Part shown: piece after piece, positions 59,002-64,000 of the stretch
Layout of the letters: each line of letters begins with the position of its first letter
Position numbering within the stretch: the first letter of the stretch is position 1
From: Candidatus Bathyarchaeota archaeon
GTDB taxonomy: Archaea; Thermoproteota; Bathyarchaeia; Bathyarchaeales; Bathycorpusculaceae
DNA length: 64,000 nucleotides
Direction: 5' to 3'
Assembly: GCA_963733095.1 (NCBI GenBank)
Contig: CAVTBV010000009.1
Location: 96,001 to 160,000 of the forward strand
Position numbers and translations under genes: made by a program
Notes under the pieces: generated by a model
What the model was told of the DNA's origin: nothing
The model's database searches: none
Seen by the model: the letters and a program-made list of their open reading frames with translations, nothing else

Positions 59002-60072
59002 ATGCCTAAACCGTCAGTCTGCATTAAAGTTCCAAAAACAAGCGGCGAAAAAACCATTTCGTTATTAACAAAGTTTGGGCTTGCAGACAAAACTCTGGTT
59101 ATTCAACGAGACGAAGATAGCCTCTGCATTCCCTTGGTTCGGGAACCTGAAGGCATTGAGTTGGCAACGCTGAATAGTCAAAATCCAAAATTCGCAGTCT
59201 ATACAGCTGTTTTCAGCGAGAAGCAGCTTCCCCCTGAAACCCTCACCCAAGCCCTCCAAGAAAAATTGCCCCCTGATTTACTTGCCAAAGTTCCTCAAGC
59301 CTTCGACATCATAGGCAACATAGTCATACTCGACATTCCACTACAACTCAAACCCTACCAGAACCTGATTGGCGAGGCAATTCTGCAAACCCAAAAAAAC
59401 GTTAAAACCGTCCTTGCGAAAGCAAGCGACATAAGCGGCGTTTTTCGTGTGCGCAACTACGACTATATCGCTGGTGAACATAAAACCCAAACAATCCACC
59501 GCGAATTCGGTTGTCAATACCATGTCGACATGGCAAAAGCGTATTTTTCTCCAAGGCTATCGCATGAACATGAGCGGGTGGCGGCTCAGGTTCAGGATGA
59601 CGAAGTGGTGGCGGATTTGTTTGCTGGAGTTGGACCATTCGCTGTGCTTATTGGTAAGCGGAATCCGACTGTGAAGGTTTATGCTGTGGACCTAAACCCT
59701 GATGCGGTAGAGTTGCTCAAGGTTAACGTTCGAGTTAACAAGGTTGACGGTAACGTTTATCCTGTTCTCGGCAACGCCAGAGAAGTCGCTCAAACCAAAC
59801 TGAGAGCCTCAGTTGACCGAGTCATCATGAATCTGCCTGAAACAGCCATAGAATTCGTCGACGTAGCCTGCAACGCAATCAAGCCCCAGGGCGGAGTGGT
59901 GCATTTTTATGGGTTTGTCCGTGCACCTGACTCGATAGAGAACCTAAAGCAACGCTTCTCGGATTTGGTGGAGAAGAATGTGCGACGGGTCGAGGAGTTT
60001 CTTCTTGCAAGGAGTATTCGTGAGACTGCTCCTTTTGAGTCGCAGGTTGTTTTAGACGCCAAAATCAGTTAA
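59002..60072 (+). CDS. trm5: tRNA m1G37 methyltransferase, Trm5/Met10 family
   Basis: YFSPRL..E, DLFAGVGPF, RVIMNLP. Confidence 0.9.
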   Translation: MPKPSVCIKVPKTSGEKTISLLTKFGLADKTLVIQRDEDSLCIPLVREPEGIELATLNSQNPKFAVYTAVFSEKQLPPETLTQALQEKLPPDLLAKVPQAFDIIGNIVILDIPLQLKPYQNLIGEAILQTQKNVKTVLAKASDISGVFRVRNYDYIAGEHKTQTIHREFGCQYHVDMAKAYFSPRLSHEHERVAAQVQDDEVVADLFAGVGPFAVLIGKRNPTVKVYAVDLNPDAVELLKVNVRVNKVDGNVYPVLGNAREVAQTKLRASVDRVIMNLPETAIEFVDVACNAIKPQGGVVHFYGFVRAPDSIENLKQRFSDLVEKNVRRVEEFLLARSIRETAPFESQVVLDAKIS

Positions 60073-60500
60073 GTTTCAACGGTTAGCGTTATTTTGATTT
60101 TTTGGCTAGAGTCCTGTAGTTTCTTGACGAGCGCTCTTGGTAAATCAACTGCGGATTTGTCAGCACAAATCGCCAACGTTCTCTGGCAGATATAGTCGCT
60201 TTTCCTGATTACTATATCAGTTGCATGGCACAAACAGAGCTTAGGGGAGCCGCATGCCCTGATTTCTTCTCTGAGGTCGTCTGCTTCGATAGTGACGGTG
60301 ACCTTTGCGTTTGGCTTTTGAAGTTCCTCTTTGAATTTGTCGCTTAAATCTACAACCGATTTGTCAGTTGCCATTGCAACTATGCAGTCACCGTTCTTTG
60401 AAACATGAATATCCTTAGTAAACATCAGCGTGGTGGGGTGGACTGCCTGAATATTTGCATGTCCTATTCCCCAGAATGTTTCAAATACTTTTTTGCTCAC
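60069..60500 (-). CDS. DUF371-family protein
   Basis: GH.NI.A.HPTT..FTKD...GDCIV, VIRKSDY...RTL. Confidence 0.85.
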   Translation of the reverse strand: MSKKVFETFWGIGHANIQAVHPTTLMFTKDIHVSKNGDCIVAMATDKSVVDLSDKFKEELQKPNAKVTVTIEADDLREEIRACGSPKLCLCHATDIVIRKSDYICQRTLAICADKSAVDLPRALVKKLQDSSQKIKITLTVET

Positions 60501-60511
60501 TTACTCGTCAC

Positions 60512-61474
60512 TTACTCGTTAACCTCGATTGAATCTACTTTGCCATCGCCGTCCAAATCAAACCCGTGAACAGCAACTGCAAAGGTATCTTCTCCCTTAT
60601 ATTTTTCGAGGGTTTTCTTCCAAAAATTCGTCAACGCCAACACACATGCTTTGGTTCCTACCGCTTTGTTACCAGCCAAAACCACGATGCGTTTGGTGTT
60701 GTCCCAAGGATTCACGATCTTAGCCACAACACCCCAAACATCCGAAGTGTAAACCTGCCCCGTTTTCTTCGACGACAAACCGCCAAGCAAAAACCCTTGC
60801 CCCGAGGATTGCATGATGAACTTGATGGGTAAATATTCGTTGACTTCCTGCGTTAGCAGGTTGGTTCCTGGACCGCCGACGAGTATAAGGTTGTTTTTTT
60901 CCTCCTTCTCCACCTTCACGTCAACGTCCAACTTTACCGCAAATTCGGTTGGCATCTTGGCGAATTGCCCCAAGAAAAGTGCTAAATGAGCTGAGTAGTG
61001 GCCGTCTCTGGCGCTGGTTTTAAAAGGTCCATGAGGCTGCGGACTGCCTACTACAATTTTTCCGTCAAAGATGTCGTGATTTATGAATTCTTGGAAGAAT
61101 TTCTGCAGCGGCTCATCGAGGCTTAGGGTGCAAATGTTCTGGATATGTTTGTAGCCTTGAGGAAACTCTATTCCAAACGCTGGTGAGACGGTTCTGTAGT
61201 ATTTTGCTGTTGCGCCCTTCTTTTTTTCTTCCTTGACAACAGTTATGGCTCCTGCTTTTGCGAGTTTTCGTATGTGGTAGTATATTTTTTGTTCGTGCAT
61301 GCCGAGTTGTTTGGCGACTTCAAGGGGGTACATTTCTTTTTTTGAGAGTAGAGTGAGGATTTTCCAGCTGAGGCCGCCGAGTATGTTTTTGAGTTTTTGG
61401 GAGTCGGTTAGGATGATGATTTCTTTGGCTTCTTGGGTGTTGCCGTTGTCTTGGAGGAGGAGTTTTTTTTGCAT
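60512..61474 (-). CDS. ArsR-like HTH regulator with C-terminal (S-layer-associated-like) domain
   Basis: MYPLEVAKQL...YYHIRKL..AG; IVVGSPQPHGP, NLILVGGPGTN. Confidence 0.8.
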   Translation of the reverse strand: MQKKLLLQDNGNTQEAKEIIILTDSQKLKNILGGLSWKILTLLSKKEMYPLEVAKQLGMHEQKIYYHIRKLAKAGAITVVKEEKKKGATAKYYRTVSPAFGIEFPQGYKHIQNICTLSLDEPLQKFFQEFINHDIFDGKIVVGSPQPHGPFKTSARDGHYSAHLALFLGQFAKMPTEFAVKLDVDVKVEKEEKNNLILVGGPGTNLLTQEVNEYLPIKFIMQSSGQGFLLGGLSSKKTGQVYTSDVWGVVAKIVNPWDNTKRIVVLAGNKAVGTKACVLALTNFWKKTLEKYKGEDTFAVAVHGFDLDGDGKVDSIEVNE

Positions 61475-61701
61475 GTTAATCTTAGGGACTAAAGATGCAG
61501 GTACTATAAAAAATTTCTTTATAACGGTATGTACACTTCTGTTGTGGGCTTAGGTGCAGGTATCGGTTTGTCCGTACAAACAGCAATAAGCACTAACAAA
61601 AAATTTTTAGCGGTCAAACTCTAATATTAAAAATACTTATTAACAAAACTTACGCTCATCCATAATATCGCAATAGTTATGACGCGAAGGCTTAGAAAAA
61701 C

Positions 61702-63531
61702 ATGTGCGGAATTTTTGGCTGTATTTTAAAAGAAGGCAACGCTGCCCCCCTAATCCACTCTTCCCTTAAACGTCTTGAATACCGAGGATACGACTCCGTC
61801 GGGATAGCAACCATCTCTGGTGGAAAAATTTTTGTTAAAAAAGACTCGGGAAAAATCGACGAAGTCGACCGAATCGTCAACCTCGACGACATGCTGGGTA
61901 GCGTAGGAATTGGTCACACCCGCTGGGCTACCCACGGTGCCCCCTTAAAAGTCAACTCTCACCCCCACATAGACTGCACAGGCGAAATCGCAGTTGTCCA
62001 CAACGGCATAATAGAAAACTTTATGGAACTCAGAACTGAACTGGAAAACCTCGGTCACAAATTTGTCTCAAAAACAGACACAGAAGTAATGCCGCATCTA
62101 ATCGAAGAAACCCTAAAACAAAACCCTAAATTAACCCTCCAACAAGCCGTGATGGATAGCCTCAAACGCATAGAAGGCTCCTACGCATTCGCCATAATCT
62201 CCACACGTGAACCAGACAAGATAATCTGCGCCCGAAACGAAAGCCCTCTTGTTTTAGGAATCAACGGCAAGGGCGTCTTCTGCGCCAGCGACATTCCAGC
62301 GTTTTTGGAAGTAACCAACAAAGCCGTCATGATAAACAACGGAGAACTCGTTATCCTCACGGCTGGGGGCTACGAAATCCGCAAAATCGCCGATAACAGC
62401 CTCATTACACGCGACCCCATAACTGTGGAGTGGACCGCAGAGATGGCGGTAAAGCAAGGGTACCCGCATTTTATGATTAAAGAAATCCATGAACAACCCG
62501 AAACCCTCCGCAACACTCTGCGTATCCAGGACCACTACTTGGATCTGCTCTCAACTTTTCTTGACCGGGCCAACGAAGTTTTCTTGGTTGCATGCGGAAC
62601 AAGCTACCACGCATGCCTGGCAGCTTCATATATGTTCTCTAAACTGGCCTTTTTACCCGCCTACCCAGTTTATGCTTCCGAGTTTTTAGAACAATATGGC
62701 AAATCCGTTAACATCGACAGCACCATATTGGCTGTGAGTCAATCAGGCGAAACTGCAGATACAATTGCCGCTGTGTCTTGTGCACAGCAACGAGCGGCAA
62801 CCGTGCTAAGCTTGACTAACGTAATCGGCTCAACTATGACTCGTATTTCCCGAGTATATATCGGAACGCAGGCAGGTCCAGAAATCGGCGTTGCCGCAAC
62901 CAAAACCTTCACCTCTCAACTTTCTGTCTTAGCCCAACTCGCTTTGAAGTTGTCAAAGAAACGGGGGAAAATCTCTCAAGATGAAATCGATAGCCTAGAA
63001 GAGAACCTCAAAAAGATGCCTGAAGACGTCGACACGATTGTTCGAACACAGGAGGAAAAGATTAAGCAAATCGCCAAAAAATACGCGGTTTCTAAGGTGT
63101 TCTTCTTCCTTGGGAGGGGCATCAGCACCGCCACCGCGTTTGAAGGTCGACTCAAACTCATGGAAATCGCCTACATCCCATCCATCGCGTTCCCAGCAGG
63201 TGAAAGCAAACATGGACCCATCAGCCTAATCGAAAACGGTTTCCCAGTCGTATTCATATGCCCAAGAGACGACACCCACAAAACAGTAATCGGCAACATA
63301 ATGGAGATGAAAGCCCGAGGCGCCCACATAATCTCAGTTATCGAGGAAGGCGATGAAGAAATCAAGTCTTTATCGGAAGAATACATCGAGGTTCCAAAGG
63401 GTATTCCAAGTGTGCTCTCGCCAATTCCTTTTGCGGTTCCACTTCAGTTGCTGGCATATTATGTGTCTTTGGAGAAAGGCGTTAACCCTGACATGCCCCG
63501 GAACTTGGCAAAGTCGGTTACCGTAAAGTAA
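61702..63531 (+). CDS. glmS: Glutamine-fructose-6-phosphate aminotransferase
   Basis: MCGIFG, GHTRWATHG, SQSGETADT, PRNLAKSVTV. Confidence 0.98.
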   Translation: MCGIFGCILKEGNAAPLIHSSLKRLEYRGYDSVGIATISGGKIFVKKDSGKIDEVDRIVNLDDMLGSVGIGHTRWATHGAPLKVNSHPHIDCTGEIAVVHNGIIENFMELRTELENLGHKFVSKTDTEVMPHLIEETLKQNPKLTLQQAVMDSLKRIEGSYAFAIISTREPDKIICARNESPLVLGINGKGVFCASDIPAFLEVTNKAVMINNGELVILTAGGYEIRKIADNSLITRDPITVEWTAEMAVKQGYPHFMIKEIHEQPETLRNTLRIQDHYLDLLSTFLDRANEVFLVACGTSYHACLAASYMFSKLAFLPAYPVYASEFLEQYGKSVNIDSTILAVSQSGETADTIAAVSCAQQRAATVLSLTNVIGSTMTRISRVYIGTQAGPEIGVAATKTFTSQLSVLAQLALKLSKKRGKISQDEIDSLEENLKKMPEDVDTIVRTQEEKIKQIAKKYAVSKVFFFLGRGISTATAFEGRLKLMEIAYIPSIAFPAGESKHGPISLIENGFPVVFICPRDDTHKTVIGNIMEMKARGAHIISVIEEGDEEIKSLSEEYIEVPKGIPSVLSPIPFAVPLQLLAYYVSLEKGVNPDMPRNLAKSVTVK

Positions 63532-63627
63532 CTTCATTTCTCTCTCTTTTCTGTAGTTTGTTTTTCAGAAATAGAAAGTTGGCTCAATCGACAAAATTTT
63601 TAAGTGTAAATCGGGTAGTTTTAACCT

Positions 63628-63771
63628 ATGAGTGATATCTTGACCCAAGATGCAATACTGAGTGCAACTCTTCTAAAAGCATGTGTTGTCTGTGGGCACC
63701 CAAGAGGCGCCCATCAACAAGACCAACAATGCACCATCAAAGGATGCACCTGCCAAAAATTCACCCCATAG
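63628..63771 (+). CDS. 47-aa Cys/His-rich Zn-binding peptide
   Basis: CVVCGHPRGAH...CTIKGCTCQKF. Confidence 0.6.
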   Translation: MSDILTQDAILSATLLKACVVCGHPRGAHQQDQQCTIKGCTCQKFTP

Positions 63772-63777
63772 ATTGGA

Positions 63778-64000
63778 TTAGCCGAACCATTTTTCCAACG
63801 AAACCTTTCCCTTCTGCTTCTTTGTGCCCGCAGTCATCCGTTCCAAGGATTTTTTAATTCGTTCTTCGCCGAATTCTTTTTCGCGGATCATAAAATCGAT
63901 TAAACCTGCTTCGTCGGGCTCTTTCCACTCTATCTTGTACTTGTCGGTGACTTTTGGGCATAGGAAGATTTGTTGTATTTCTTCTATTTTGTTTGCGAAG
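63778..64000 (-). CDS. fen: Flap endonuclease 1, C-terminal part
   Basis: IFLCPKVTDKYKIEWKEPDEAGLIDF...F.EERI...SLEKWFG with a PIP-box-like tail. Confidence 0.9.
   Translation of the reverse strand, partial: FANKIEEIQQIFLCPKVTDKYKIEWKEPDEAGLIDFMIREKEFGEERIKKSLERMTAGTKKQKGKVSLEKWFG

Noticed and set aside
44388-63386. Many antisense ORFs within thrS, ilvE, aor, proS, ABC genes and glmS
   Set aside because: Shadow frames of well-supported genes.
1-64000. CRISPR array or cas genes
   Set aside because: No regularly spaced 25-40-bp repeats and no Cas-like ORFs seen.

Overview
Archaeal DNA, most likely Bathyarchaeia (inferred from gene content: TFE, Trm56, MBF1, NAC, arcadin-1, archaeal ThrRS/ProRS, AOR, many membrane-anchored beta-propeller surface proteins). 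It has three zones. (1) 1-7.9 kb: flavodoxins, two tandem signal peptidases, transporters, a GT39 glycosyltransferase. (2) About 7.9-32.9 kb: an accessory region with surface proteins, pseudogenes, a tyrosine integrase, an AbiV/HEPN-like gene and tRNA-Val(TAC). (3) 33-64 kb: conserved housekeeping genes, including a fluoride riboswitch upstream of crcB. The strongest unexplained signals are in zone 2. Five same-strand copies of a composite site (18-bp imperfect palindrome CGGGTGATATMTCYACTT, a 9-nt spacer, then a tRNA T-loop/3' end) come from at least two tRNA types, and no cognate intact tRNA is in the window. A ~360-nt densely hairpinned non-coding region sits directly after the AbiV/HEPN gene, and its first 35 nt recur 10.9 kb upstream. 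Several small genes below the ORF-track cutoff were also found: a tandem AbrB-like pair, an RHH gene and Zn-binding peptides. All family calls are by eye; no database searches or folding programs were run.
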